Shown here piece after piece: positions 16,744-25,584 of a stretch of DNA of 32,000 nt. Below the pieces are notes generated by a model. The model did not search any database. It saw only the letters and a program-made list of their open reading frames with translations, and was not told where the DNA came from. The translations under genes and the position numbers were made by a program. The stretch is from Candidatus Electrothrix sp. GW3-4. GTDB lineage: Bacteria > Desulfobacterota > Desulfobulbia > Desulfobulbales > Desulfobulbaceae. The stretch spans positions 2,730,001 to 2,762,000 of the forward strand of contig NZ_CP147990.1 of the NCBI RefSeq assembly GCF_037902255.1, read 5' to 3'. Numbering within the stretch: the stretch's first letter is position 1; every line of letters begins with the position of its first letter.

Positions 16744-17043
16744 ATGGAACCGGTATATTTAACCTTTGTTTTTGTATTAGCAATTTTCCTGGGATTTGAA
16801 CTTATTTCAAAGGTCCCCTCAACCCTGCATACCCCCCTGATGTCTGGGTCCAATGCCATCTCTGGCATCACCCTGATCGGGGCCATTGCCTCCTTGAAGA
16901 TTGATAATCTTACCTTTGCCGCAATCCTCGGAACCGTAGCTGTTGCCTTTGCAACCATCAATGTAGTCGGTGGATATATGGTGACCAATCGAATGCTTGA
17001 AATGTTTAAGAAAAAAGACAAGAACGAAGGAGGAAAGGCATGA
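16744..17043 (+). CDS. pntAB: NAD(P) transhydrogenase subunit alpha, part 2 (membrane)
   Basis: A 99-aa, 3-TM protein sitting between pntAA and pntB. Its stop overlaps the pntB ATG (ATGA). Confidence 0.9.
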   Translation: MEPVYLTFVFVLAIFLGFELISKVPSTLHTPLMSGSNAISGITLIGAIASLKIDNLTFAAILGTVAVAFATINVVGGYMVTNRMLEMFKKKDKNEGGKA

Positions 17044-18422
17044 ATCCTCTTTTCATCAACTTTGTCTATGTGGTATCAGCGGCCTTATTCATCTTTGGCC
17101 TAAAAATGCTGAGCTCACCTGCTACGGCCCGACGGGGCAATCTGCTTTCCTCCCTCGGGATGCTGATCGCTATCATTGTCACCCTGATGAATGCAGGTTT
17201 GGATTATAAATGGGTTTTTCTCGGCATCCTTATCGGAAGCGGCATAGGTGCCTTTGCCGCTCTTCGGGTCGAAATGACGGCTATGCCAGAAATGGTCGCC
17301 CTCTTTAATGGGTTTGGCGGTATTTCCAGCTTGTTGCTGGCTTGGGCTGAATATCATCAGAACAGAGAACTCTTCTCCGTTTTTATCGCCATTGTCGCCT
17401 TCCTCTCTGCCTTTATCGGTGGTGTCACCTTTTCCGGCTCCATGGTCGCCTTTGCTAAGCTTTCTGGCAAAATCACCCAAAAGGCCGTGGTCTTTAAGGG
17501 CCAGCATATTATCAATGGCGTTCTCCTGCTTCTCACCTTAATCGCTGCCGTTATCTTCTGCATAACACCTGCAAGCACCTTTGGCTACGTACTCTTTACT
17601 CTTATACTTCTGGTTGCCCTGGGATTTGGCATAAGCTCCACTATCCCCATAGGTGGAGCTGATATGCCGGTCGTCATTTCTCTCCTGAACAGTTATTCTG
17701 GCCTGGCCGCCTGTGCTGCTGGCTTTGTTATCTCGAATAACATCCTGATCGTTGCTGGAGCCTTAGTCGGCGCCTCTGGGATCATCCTGACCAATATCAT
17801 GTGTAAGGCCATGAACCGTTCTCTGGTCAACGTGCTCTTTTCCGGTTTCGGCAACACAACAGAGGGACAGGACGGAGTGGCACCACAAGGCGAGGTAAGA
17901 CCGGCTTCTGCCGAGGATGTCTACTATATCCTCGAAGCGGCTGACGCTGTTGTCTTTGTCCCTGGCTATGGGCTAGCTGTGGCTCAGGCTCAGCATGCCG
18001 TGAAAGAGCTTGGCGACCTGCTGGAAAAAAACAACACTGAGGTCTCTTACGCTATCCATCCGGTTGCCGGACGGATGCCCGGCCATATGAACGTGCTGCT
18101 GGCTGAGGCCAATGTTCCGTACGACCAGCTCGTGGAGATGGATGATATTAATCCTCGCATGGACAGCATTGATGTCTGCGTGGTCATCGGGGCCAACGAT
18201 GTTGTCAATCCGGCTGCCCTTGATGACGAATCCAGTCCAATTTATGGCATGCCTATCATTGAAACGCACCGGGCAAAAACAGTCATCGTGCTCAAGCGCT
18301 CTATGAATCCAGGCTTTGCTGGCATTCAAAACGCCCTCTTTTTCGCCGAAAATACTCGTATGTACTTCGGCGATGCCAAGACCTCGATTCAAGCCCTGGT
18401 AGCGGAATTCAAAAACGATTAA
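17040..18422 (+). CDS. pntB: NAD(P) transhydrogenase subunit beta
   Basis: The 460-aa product has a polytopic N-terminal half and a C-terminal dIII NADP(H) domain (VPGYGLAVAQAQH...HPVAGRMPGHMNVLLAEA...GANDVVNP). Confidence 0.9.
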   Translation: MNPLFINFVYVVSAALFIFGLKMLSSPATARRGNLLSSLGMLIAIIVTLMNAGLDYKWVFLGILIGSGIGAFAALRVEMTAMPEMVALFNGFGGISSLLLAWAEYHQNRELFSVFIAIVAFLSAFIGGVTFSGSMVAFAKLSGKITQKAVVFKGQHIINGVLLLLTLIAAVIFCITPASTFGYVLFTLILLVALGFGISSTIPIGGADMPVVISLLNSYSGLAACAAGFVISNNILIVAGALVGASGIILTNIMCKAMNRSLVNVLFSGFGNTTEGQDGVAPQGEVRPASAEDVYYILEAADAVVFVPGYGLAVAQAQHAVKELGDLLEKNNTEVSYAIHPVAGRMPGHMNVLLAEANVPYDQLVEMDDINPRMDSIDVCVVIGANDVVNPAALDDESSPIYGMPIIETHRAKTVIVLKRSMNPGFAGIQNALFFAENTRMYFGDAKTSIQALVAEFKND

Positions 18423-18767
18423 CAAAGGCTATTTCTGTTAAAGCAGGGGCAGCTGCATCGCAAAAAGGGGGAAGTATAAGATGGTAACCGATTACTGTTC
18501 CGAAAAAGATCATCGTACGGCTCTTTGGCCGTTTTGGTCTATCTTGTTATAAATATCCGCGTCGAAGCAGGCTTTGCAACACCACCAGAACGAATACTCG
18601 ACGGTTTAGTGGCTCTCTCTGTGTTTCTCCTTATGTTGTATATCGGAATGAGATTTTTCAACGTGATTAAGGACGATGATAATGTGAGCATGGTACTCCT
18701 TAGGTCCGGAAAGGGGGTTCTGTAGGAGAAGGAGACAAGGATAATCACAACATAAAAACATACAAAA

Positions 18768-18798
18768 GGCGGATACGTGTATAACGTATCCGCCTTTT
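18768..18798 (+). terminator. Rho-independent terminator downstream of the pnt operon
   Basis: An 11-bp stem ggcggatacgt / acgtatccgcc with a 5-nt loop is followed by TTTT. Confidence 0.6.
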
Positions 18799-18920
18799 CT
18801 GTTGTCCTTGCGGCCAAGATAAAAAAGGACGGATATCAAACAGCGACCGATCGTCCCTTCGACAGATGCCCCCCCTTTTCCAGCTGATCGCTTGGGCAGA
18901 ACACGGTTCTGTTGATCCCC

Positions 18921-18963
18921 AAAAACAAAACAGGGAGGATGAGCTCATAGCTCATCCTCCCTG
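18921..18963 (-). terminator. Rho-independent terminator of the OMP gene
   Basis: A perfect 15-bp stem cagggaggatgagct / agctcatcctccctg with a 3-nt loop is followed on the minus strand by TTTTGTTTTT. It lies 67 nt after the stop at 19030. Confidence 0.7.
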
Positions 18964-19029
18964 CTAGAAAAAAGTTGCTTCTTTTTCCTCCCCCTGCGTG
19001 AGAGGAGAAAGCGGTGCAGCCTTAGAAGC

Positions 19030-20145
19030 TTAGAAGCGGAAACGCAGTCCTACACCAAAGCGTCCATACTCAGACAGCTTGTCGGTCTCATCAATCCCTG
19101 AACGTGCTTCAAAGAAAAGTGAGGTATTAAAGCCATCTGGATGACCAAAGATCTGGGCACCAATCTGGGCAATAATGTCAATATCACTGTCTTCAGACTC
19201 AATATCGTCGTCACCATCAGACATCCAGCCACCGAGACCAAATCCCAAGAAAACTGGATTCCACACATCACCTACACGCAGAAAGAACAGGTTATACTGA
19301 AGCATGAAGTCAACTAACCAGGCATCGTCACCATCGTTACCATCAGCCTTTGTCGCTCCACCGATCATACCTAGGAAAGAAAGACGCTGGTTAAACGCAT
19401 ACTCTGCACCGATTCTGCCGAAGCCGTAATCAGCCGGATCAGACAGGCGCAGATACCCCATATCCGCAACGAAGCGAAGCGGATACACACAAGGAGGACA
19501 GCATTGCGGTGGCGCTTCAACAAACTTTTCTACAATTTTTTCTACCGGCACCTCAACTCTTTTCTCAACAATCTTCTCAACAATCTGAGGTGGTCCAGGG
19601 ACAATCTTCTCAACAATCTGAGGTGGTCCGGGGACAATCTTCTCAACAATTTGAGGCGGCCCGGGGACAGTTTTCACAACAATACGTACAACCTCTTTCA
19701 GAGACAGGTTACCACAGAAGAGAGGAACGGAAAAAACGTAGCGATTTTCACCAGCATCAATGAAAAACTCATAGCCGCTTAATGCTGCCTTACCTCCCCA
19801 AGTGATCTCCTTGGCAACTTTAACCGGACCAACGCCACTCGGTCTGAACAACATCCAGTCAAAAGTTGCGCCGGGCTGATATTCAACATTTTGAATCTGC
19901 GCCTGCGAAAACTGTTGCATGAGCGGTGTATACAACTCAGGCATACCGGCTTTCTGCAGTCCTTCCATGATAGCAGTCTGTTGAGTCGTCATCATGGTTT
20001 TGAGATCATCCACTGATTTGAGGGGGGGCTTATAAAATGGATGACGCCCGATGACTGTCAGCGTACTCGCAGCTTGTACGGTACCTACTGACAACAATAA
20101 CAAAATAGTTACCTGTGCCAAAAATTTCAGTTTCACTGTTTTCAT
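19030..20145 (-). CDS. Chimeric outer-membrane protein: N-terminal globular domain, Pro-rich repeat spacer, CCPPC, small C-terminal beta-barrel
   Basis: Signal peptide MKTVKLKFLAQVTILLLLSVGTVQA/AS. Repeats (IVPGPPQIVEK)x3 are followed by EK/VE-rich repeats. The C-terminal ~150 aa have alternating beta-strand patterns and end GLRFRF. The start is ATG 20145 or GTG 20154. Confidence 0.65.
   Translation of the reverse strand: MKTVKLKFLAQVTILLLLSVGTVQAASTLTVIGRHPFYKPPLKSVDDLKTMMTTQQTAIMEGLQKAGMPELYTPLMQQFSQAQIQNVEYQPGATFDWMLFRPSGVGPVKVAKEITWGGKAALSGYEFFIDAGENRYVFSVPLFCGNLSLKEVVRIVVKTVPGPPQIVEKIVPGPPQIVEKIVPGPPQIVEKIVEKRVEVPVEKIVEKFVEAPPQCCPPCVYPLRFVADMGYLRLSDPADYGFGRIGAEYAFNQRLSFLGMIGGATKADGNDGDDAWLVDFMLQYNLFFLRVGDVWNPVFLGFGLGGWMSDGDDDIESEDSDIDIIAQIGAQIFGHPDGFNTSLFFEARSGIDETDKLSEYGRFGVGLRFRF
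19568..19666 (-). repeat. Three tandem 33-bp repeats (near-perfect) inside the OMP gene
   Basis: The units are 19568-19600, 19601-19633 and 19634-19666. Units 1 and 2 differ at 1 nt, and units 2 and 3 at 3 nt. Each encodes IVPGPPQIVEK. Confidence 0.9.
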
Positions 20146-20416
20146 CCTCCTCACATTCCCTGTTTTGTAACAACAATAAAATTAGGCCTGCCTACTTTCA
20201 CCACAAGAATAAAATATATACCCTTGCCTTTTTTCCGTTTTCCGTCGGATATTCCCCCGAAATCCGACAAAAAAAGAAAAGTCGTCTAACACGAGTAAGG
20301 ATACTCTATCGCACGACTTGTTACAACCGATGATTGCATACGTTATATTTTTTTTACGCGTTCTGACAAAGCAAGTCAGAAAGTAGCATTATCTGTACAA
20401 GCGGGCAATACAACAA

Positions 20417-21097
20417 TCAAAATTTATAGCTAAGAGAAAGAGATACAACAGGATAGTACTCGTATTCATCAATCTCTTTTTCTATTTCCTGTCGCTCCTG
20501 CTCAATAAAGGCCTCGGCAACTGGATGGTTACCAAGTCCCCAAGGATCCTCAACATGTAACTCCGTGACCCGTGGTGAGCCCTGAAACATAATTCCCAGA
20601 TCTATATTCACCCCCCAGCGGCTCATGGATTCATGATTACTTGTCCAGCCGATACCAAGGTAAGGGGCAAAGGTGTCAAACTCAACCAACCCGACCACAT
20701 GGGCCTGATCAATCAGGTCAGCGTAGCGAGCAAGCTCCGGGGACAGCAGATCCTTTCGGTAGGTGCCGTCAATATCTATTTCATTATTATTAAGATAGGC
20801 GCCTAGAGTAAAACGAAAGGCATTAGCAAAGGGGTGGAGATCAAGAAGCAATGAACTCGTGGAAAAATCCGGGGCAAAATTATAATCAATATCTGAGATC
20901 GTGGTATCAAAATCAAAACTGATCTGGTTCACACCCGCACGGATCTCCAGATAAGGATTCATATCTAGGCTGACCTCTACCCCGCCTCCGAGGGTTCCTG
21001 CCTTGATACCTAGGCCAATCTGACCGGATTCTGCATACGCAGGAGAGTTGATTGCCAACAGAGAACCTGCGGCAAGAAAAACATACACTTTTTTCAT
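20417..21097 (-). CDS. Outer-membrane beta-barrel protein (small porin/OmpW-like class, family not identified)
   Basis: Signal peptide MKKVYVFLAAGSLLAINSPAYA/ES, alternating hydrophobic beta-strands, and the C-terminus SLSLSYKF. The Shine-Dalgarno sequence aagga lies 6 nt upstream of the ATG at 21097. Confidence 0.7.
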   Translation of the reverse strand: MKKVYVFLAAGSLLAINSPAYAESGQIGLGIKAGTLGGGVEVSLDMNPYLEIRAGVNQISFDFDTTISDIDYNFAPDFSTSSLLLDLHPFANAFRFTLGAYLNNNEIDIDGTYRKDLLSPELARYADLIDQAHVVGLVEFDTFAPYLGIGWTSNHESMSRWGVNIDLGIMFQGSPRVTELHVEDPWGLGNHPVAEAFIEQERQEIEKEIDEYEYYPVVSLSLSYKF

Positions 21098-21195
21098 AGT
21101 TATTCCTTTTGGGCAACCAGCAAACAAGACAGCTGCCACCCTATTATTTCTTCTTTTGTACCATTGAAAGGAGCCGATCTATTGCGGGGGCAGTC

Positions 21196-22629
21196 TCACT
21201 CTGGCTCTTCTCCCACCAGTAACTCAACAACCTCTATTTTTTCCTTTGCCCCTTCTGCTAAATCCAATACCGGAACGCTCCCCTGTTTCACTTCCACACC
21301 TCTCTCATCATGGGTGATGCGGACCTTGGGTTTATCAATCTCCTTCCCGGAGGCAACAACCGTTGCCATGCAGCCGTTATTTAACCGAACCTGACTCCCT
21401 GGCGGATAGATACCAAGTGCGGTGATGAAAGCTACAAGCAATGCAGGATCAAAGGCGCCCTTATCATTGATCATAATACCGAATGCCGCTAAGGGGGTAA
21501 TCGATGGTTTATAGGGCCGAACCGCTGTTAAGGCCTCAAAGACATCACAGATCTGGAGCAGGCTGTTGAAATGACTGCGCACGACCCAAGAGGGGGGCGA
21601 AGGATAACCACCTCTGTCGTGGCGAATATGATGTCCCCAAGCCGCCGCAATCTGCATTGGCGTCGACTCCCTATGGTTAAGCAAGATTTCTGCTCCGAAT
21701 TCAGGATGTGAGCGCATAAGGGCAAACTCTTCATCATTCAGCTTGCCTCGCTTATAAATAATCTCCGACGGTATTCTTCCTTTTCCAACATCATGAAGAA
21801 GGGCCGCAGTCCCGAGATCAACAAGTTGGTCCTTGTCCACTCCCAGTGTGTCGGCCACAAAAACTGCTAAGGTAGCAACCCTGACAGAATGTCCCACGGT
21901 ATAGCTGTCATGATCAGGATAGTGGACGAATTGCAAAATATCAGCAAAATCAGAACCTGCACTCTCCAAAAGATGCTCGCTGATCGTTTGCGCTCCGTTG
22001 ATATCCAAAGGACGCTGGAGGCTGACATCACAGAATGATTTTGCCACAATATCATAGAGGGCTTGATAAACAAGGAGGGGCGAATGGCGTTCATCAGAAC
22101 CACCGTTTTCATGCTGGCAATCCTGATCCTCAGAGCTTGAACTCGGCTGAACGCAATGCGCCTCCAGTTGGATATTTTCGACCTGATGCAATTGCAGAAA
22201 TTCTTCAGCTTCCTGAATATTGTTGACCGAATGCGTCAGATGATCCGTCAAATCAAGGAGCCGCTGAACCTCCGGGACACTGACCCCTGGAGTGAACACA
22301 AAGCCAGAGCAATGAAGCAACTGGGCAAACTCAACTAATTGCAGCCCCATAATACTGGGGCCGAAAAGATAATGCCCTTCATACACTAACTTATTATCAG
22401 CTATACCAATACATAACTTATTCTTTTCAGTTGCAACAAAAAAATCCTGGAGGTCGTTTATAAAAAACTGACAGCTCTCTTTTATTATGGGGTGCTCTGA
22501 AAAATAAATCTTACGTTGCCCAATGCTTTTACATAACAACACAATAATCTTATTCAGTTTCACATCCATAAATTGAGTCCCAGAGGATCCTTGGTTCGTT
22601 TGCTCTTGCGTCAACGTGCTCTGATTCAT
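21196..22629 (-). CDS. HD-GYP domain protein (putative c-di-GMP phosphodiesterase) with an uncharacterised N-terminal module
   Basis: HSVRVATLAV...LLHDVGKGRIP...HPEFGAEIL...HHIRHDRGGYP gives the HD and GYP signatures. I chose the ATG at 22629; a GTG at 22650 is also possible. Confidence 0.85.
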   Translation of the reverse strand: MNQSTLTQEQTNQGSSGTQFMDVKLNKIIVLLCKSIGQRKIYFSEHPIIKESCQFFINDLQDFFVATEKNKLCIGIADNKLVYEGHYLFGPSIMGLQLVEFAQLLHCSGFVFTPGVSVPEVQRLLDLTDHLTHSVNNIQEAEEFLQLHQVENIQLEAHCVQPSSSSEDQDCQHENGGSDERHSPLLVYQALYDIVAKSFCDVSLQRPLDINGAQTISEHLLESAGSDFADILQFVHYPDHDSYTVGHSVRVATLAVFVADTLGVDKDQLVDLGTAALLHDVGKGRIPSEIIYKRGKLNDEEFALMRSHPEFGAEILLNHRESTPMQIAAAWGHHIRHDRGGYPSPPSWVVRSHFNSLLQICDVFEALTAVRPYKPSITPLAAFGIMINDKGAFDPALLVAFITALGIYPPGSQVRLNNGCMATVVASGKEIDKPKVRITHDERGVEVKQGSVPVLDLAEGAKEKIEVVELLVGEEPE

Positions 22630-22662
22630 CAGATAGCCCCAGACAAGCACCGACCTGAAATC

Positions 22663-24609
22663 TTAATATTTTTCCAATGCCTTCAGAGCAGCGAGACGGG
22701 CGGGCTTGGGCCATTTCGCAAGCAACAGAAATTGTTTATCCCGTGCTATTTCAACAAGCAGGGAATACGCTGTCAGGAGAGGAATCCTGGACAATGCGCT
22801 AATACTCTCGGCAATCCATTGCTCCTTTCTCTGCTCAAGGGAGAGTTCGGGCAATCTTTCCACAATAATTGCAGCGCCCTCTTTTTTCAAATCCGGGCTG
22901 GGATTAGCAGGATTGTCCTGCTGAAAGAGTTTGATAATAAACTGCTGATCCGCCTCTGAACGACTGTCAAGAAGAGGGCGCACCGCCCTGTCCAACCAGC
23001 CCAAAGGTTGTTCCCTCAGTCCGTCAATGAGTTTTTGACAAAAATATGCTGCCTGTGATGACTCAAGCAGGATCCTGAAAAGAAAAGACAAAGCTGGAGG
23101 ATGCGACAAAAAGATATCTGCCGCTATCTTCCTTTCTGTCAAGGCATCAAGTCTCTTAAGACAAGGGGTTGCAGCCTGCATCCCCTGTTCAGACAAACTT
23201 CCTGCAACCGTGCAGAGTTCCTGAAAGACCTCAGGTTCTTTCTGCTTCCCTTCAAGCAGGAGTTCATTGACCAGAAAAGGCCAGAACGCAATGAACTCAT
23301 GAGCATTCAGTTGTTGACAGATATCTCGAACAAAAACCAGGGAAGACGTACGGGGCGATGAGCGGAAGGTCTGAAGAAGAAGAACAAGGATAAGGTGCAG
23401 ACGTTCCCCATCCAGGGTTTTGAAGAGCTGGTGGGCTCCCTGAATCAGTATCTGCCACTCCTCCTGTTCCAACACGGTGTCAAAATACCCGGTCAATGCC
23501 TCCTGTATGTTCAAAAGGATTTGGCTCTGGAGAGGCCGACCTAGGGTCACCATGAAGACAGATAACTGTTCACTGCGAGTATTTTGAAAAAACGGTCCAG
23601 TAAAGCTCCTCCCTTCCAGGGCCAGGAGCTCCTTTTTTAACTCCCCAATGGTGATATCGGTTCTGTCATGAGGACGTAAGCTTTTTTTCCCTTCCTGAAC
23701 CTCGTCCTCAGCTTCAGGCACAGGCCCCTTTGTTATATCAATCAAGAGATTGACCGCCTTTTTAACGGCCTGCTTGGATTGAGTATCCGCATTGGGATCG
23801 TCAAGAGCGGTTAAGATAGCCAAAAGCCCATCAATATTATAGCGTTCTTCTAGGGGCTGAGCAGAATCCTTCTGAAAAGATGATTGAATAAACTCAACAA
23901 GACCGAACAATAATTTTTCGACATCTTCCCATGTGACAGAGGCAAGACCGGAATTATTGAGTTGTCTTTTTTCAAGACGCCCCTTAACTGACTGTAATAA
24001 TTCGCGGCAGATAGAAACCATTTCCTCTGGAACACCGCGATCCATCAAGGAAGAGAGAAGGTATTCAAGCGTTGGCTGGGCAGTACCCTTGGGTGCCTCA
24101 TCGACGTTGACACCCGTTTCGGAGGTAAATTTGAGCTGCCGGACGTTGACGGTTTGTGGTAAGCCCGTGATGATCATTCTTGAAAAATCACGACTGCTCC
24201 GAACCTTGCTGTTTTGCCCAATGATTTCGCCAAAAAATTGGCGGGCCTCATCGGCATTGATATCACGATGGATGTCAAGCGAGGTTATATGCAGCGCAGA
24301 AAACATCTCATAAAATATTTTTACAGCTGGCTGCTTCCTGTCGAGCTCATTTTTTTGCAACGACAGGGTCTGTCCTGTCACGGAAAAATGAACACAACCT
24401 GTTTTTTTATCGGCAGTCCCTTCAACAATGTCTAAAAAAGCATCTATTGCCCTATCAGCCACATTATGACCTATCGGATAGTATAAACCGATATTATACA
24501 CCCGTTGCATCGCGTTCATCAACTCGTAATAACATTGAGGAACGTCAAGTTGCGGTTCAATTTTCCATGTAGTCTTCTGTGGCGAATCCATACGCGTCAA
24601 GCCGCTCAT
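22663..24609 (-). CDS. Hypothetical 648-aa soluble, probably all-alpha protein
   Basis: A long ORF with no TM segment and no catalytic motif I recognise. By eye, the N-terminal ~130 aa resemble the N-terminal module of the downstream HD-GYP protein. Confidence 0.6.
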   Translation of the reverse strand: MSGLTRMDSPQKTTWKIEPQLDVPQCYYELMNAMQRVYNIGLYYPIGHNVADRAIDAFLDIVEGTADKKTGCVHFSVTGQTLSLQKNELDRKQPAVKIFYEMFSALHITSLDIHRDINADEARQFFGEIIGQNSKVRSSRDFSRMIITGLPQTVNVRQLKFTSETGVNVDEAPKGTAQPTLEYLLSSLMDRGVPEEMVSICRELLQSVKGRLEKRQLNNSGLASVTWEDVEKLLFGLVEFIQSSFQKDSAQPLEERYNIDGLLAILTALDDPNADTQSKQAVKKAVNLLIDITKGPVPEAEDEVQEGKKSLRPHDRTDITIGELKKELLALEGRSFTGPFFQNTRSEQLSVFMVTLGRPLQSQILLNIQEALTGYFDTVLEQEEWQILIQGAHQLFKTLDGERLHLILVLLLQTFRSSPRTSSLVFVRDICQQLNAHEFIAFWPFLVNELLLEGKQKEPEVFQELCTVAGSLSEQGMQAATPCLKRLDALTERKIAADIFLSHPPALSFLFRILLESSQAAYFCQKLIDGLREQPLGWLDRAVRPLLDSRSEADQQFIIKLFQQDNPANPSPDLKKEGAAIIVERLPELSLEQRKEQWIAESISALSRIPLLTAYSLLVEIARDKQFLLLAKWPKPARLAALKALEKY

Positions 24610-24642
24610 AACAAGGTTACCATCTGCTGGATGCAGTTATGC

Positions 24643-25572
24643 TCAAAGATGCCCCTGGACAATCGCATCGGCAAAGCGGTGTGCCAGCTCTTCCAGATAC
24701 TGACGCTGCTCAAGTTGTTGCAAAAATTCTTCAGGCAATTGCCTATACCCACAGGCCGCGCCCCAGATAGCCCCGGCCATAGCCCCAATGGTATCCGTAT
24801 CACCGCCGACTTTCCGGATGTAGGTTAACAGATGGGAAAAAGGGGCCTCACGCAAAGCAAGCCCAACAGAAAATGCTGTAACACAAGAATCTTTCGCTCT
24901 GATGCCATTTCCCAGCTCGCTCGCCACCTGTTTCGGTAAAACAGGATGGTCTGCATGCAGCAACCTCTCTGCAACGGTAAGTCTGTTTTGCACATCAACG
25001 GTTTGGATATGGAGGCGGAGTCGCTTAAAAATCTCTTGCACAGAGTAGTCCAAACAGGCCAAGGCCGTGGTCAGGGCGATGATCACAGCGCCATCCTGGC
25101 CAGCGGGATGAGCATGGGTCACAACGGTTGCCTCACGAACAGCCCGAACCAACCGCCTTTCACGCCCTGCCCCATAAAAAAGTCCTATGGGCGCGGCCCG
25201 CATAGCACCACCATTACCGAAAGAACCGTTAGGGTAAACAGCCCGGTTGGCAATCTGCCAGGGCTCTCCCCGACGAATACGTTTCAGCAGCTTTCCTGCT
25301 CCTGGCCCGTAGCCCCGGGTCCATCTGTACGAGTGGGCAAAACGGTGAGCAAGATCTTTCTGGTCAATCCGTTTGCAGGCCAGGAGAGATTCCATCACAT
25401 CAACAGACATCTGCGTGTCATCTGTCCAGCATCGCCTGCCTCTCCGCCTGCCCAGCACCAGCCAAAGCAGACGCTCAACCTTCCCGCCTTCATACGGAGC
25501 ACCAAAGGCATCGCCCAAAGCGGAAGCGAGGACTGCCCCGCATATACGATCTTGGCTATCCGTTTTTTCCAT
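24643..25572 (-). CDS. ADP-ribosylglycohydrolase family protein (DraG/ARH-like)
   Basis: GAVLASALGDAFGAPYEG, WTDDTQMS, GNGGAMRAAPIG and GGDTDTIGAMAGAIWGA are the hallmark ARH metal-binding blocks. I chose the ATG at 25572; the track ORF opens with a TTG at 25581. Confidence 0.85.
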   Translation of the reverse strand: MEKTDSQDRICGAVLASALGDAFGAPYEGGKVERLLWLVLGRRRGRRCWTDDTQMSVDVMESLLACKRIDQKDLAHRFAHSYRWTRGYGPGAGKLLKRIRRGEPWQIANRAVYPNGSFGNGGAMRAAPIGLFYGAGRERRLVRAVREATVVTHAHPAGQDGAVIIALTTALACLDYSVQEIFKRLRLHIQTVDVQNRLTVAERLLHADHPVLPKQVASELGNGIRAKDSCVTAFSVGLALREAPFSHLLTYIRKVGGDTDTIGAMAGAIWGAACGYRQLPEEFLQQLEQRQYLEELAHRFADAIVQGHL

Positions 25573-25584
25573 CAAATTCAAGAA

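Noticed and set aside
20361-20383. A 23-nt motif TTCTGACAAAGCAAGTCAGAAAG that recurs at 29580-29602 with 20/23 identity. Both copies lie in minus-strand intergenic regions.
   Set aside because: The first copy forms a 7-bp hairpin, but the differences in the second copy are not compensatory and break the stem. My rough estimate is that about one such 20/23 match is expected by chance across both strands of a 32-kb window.
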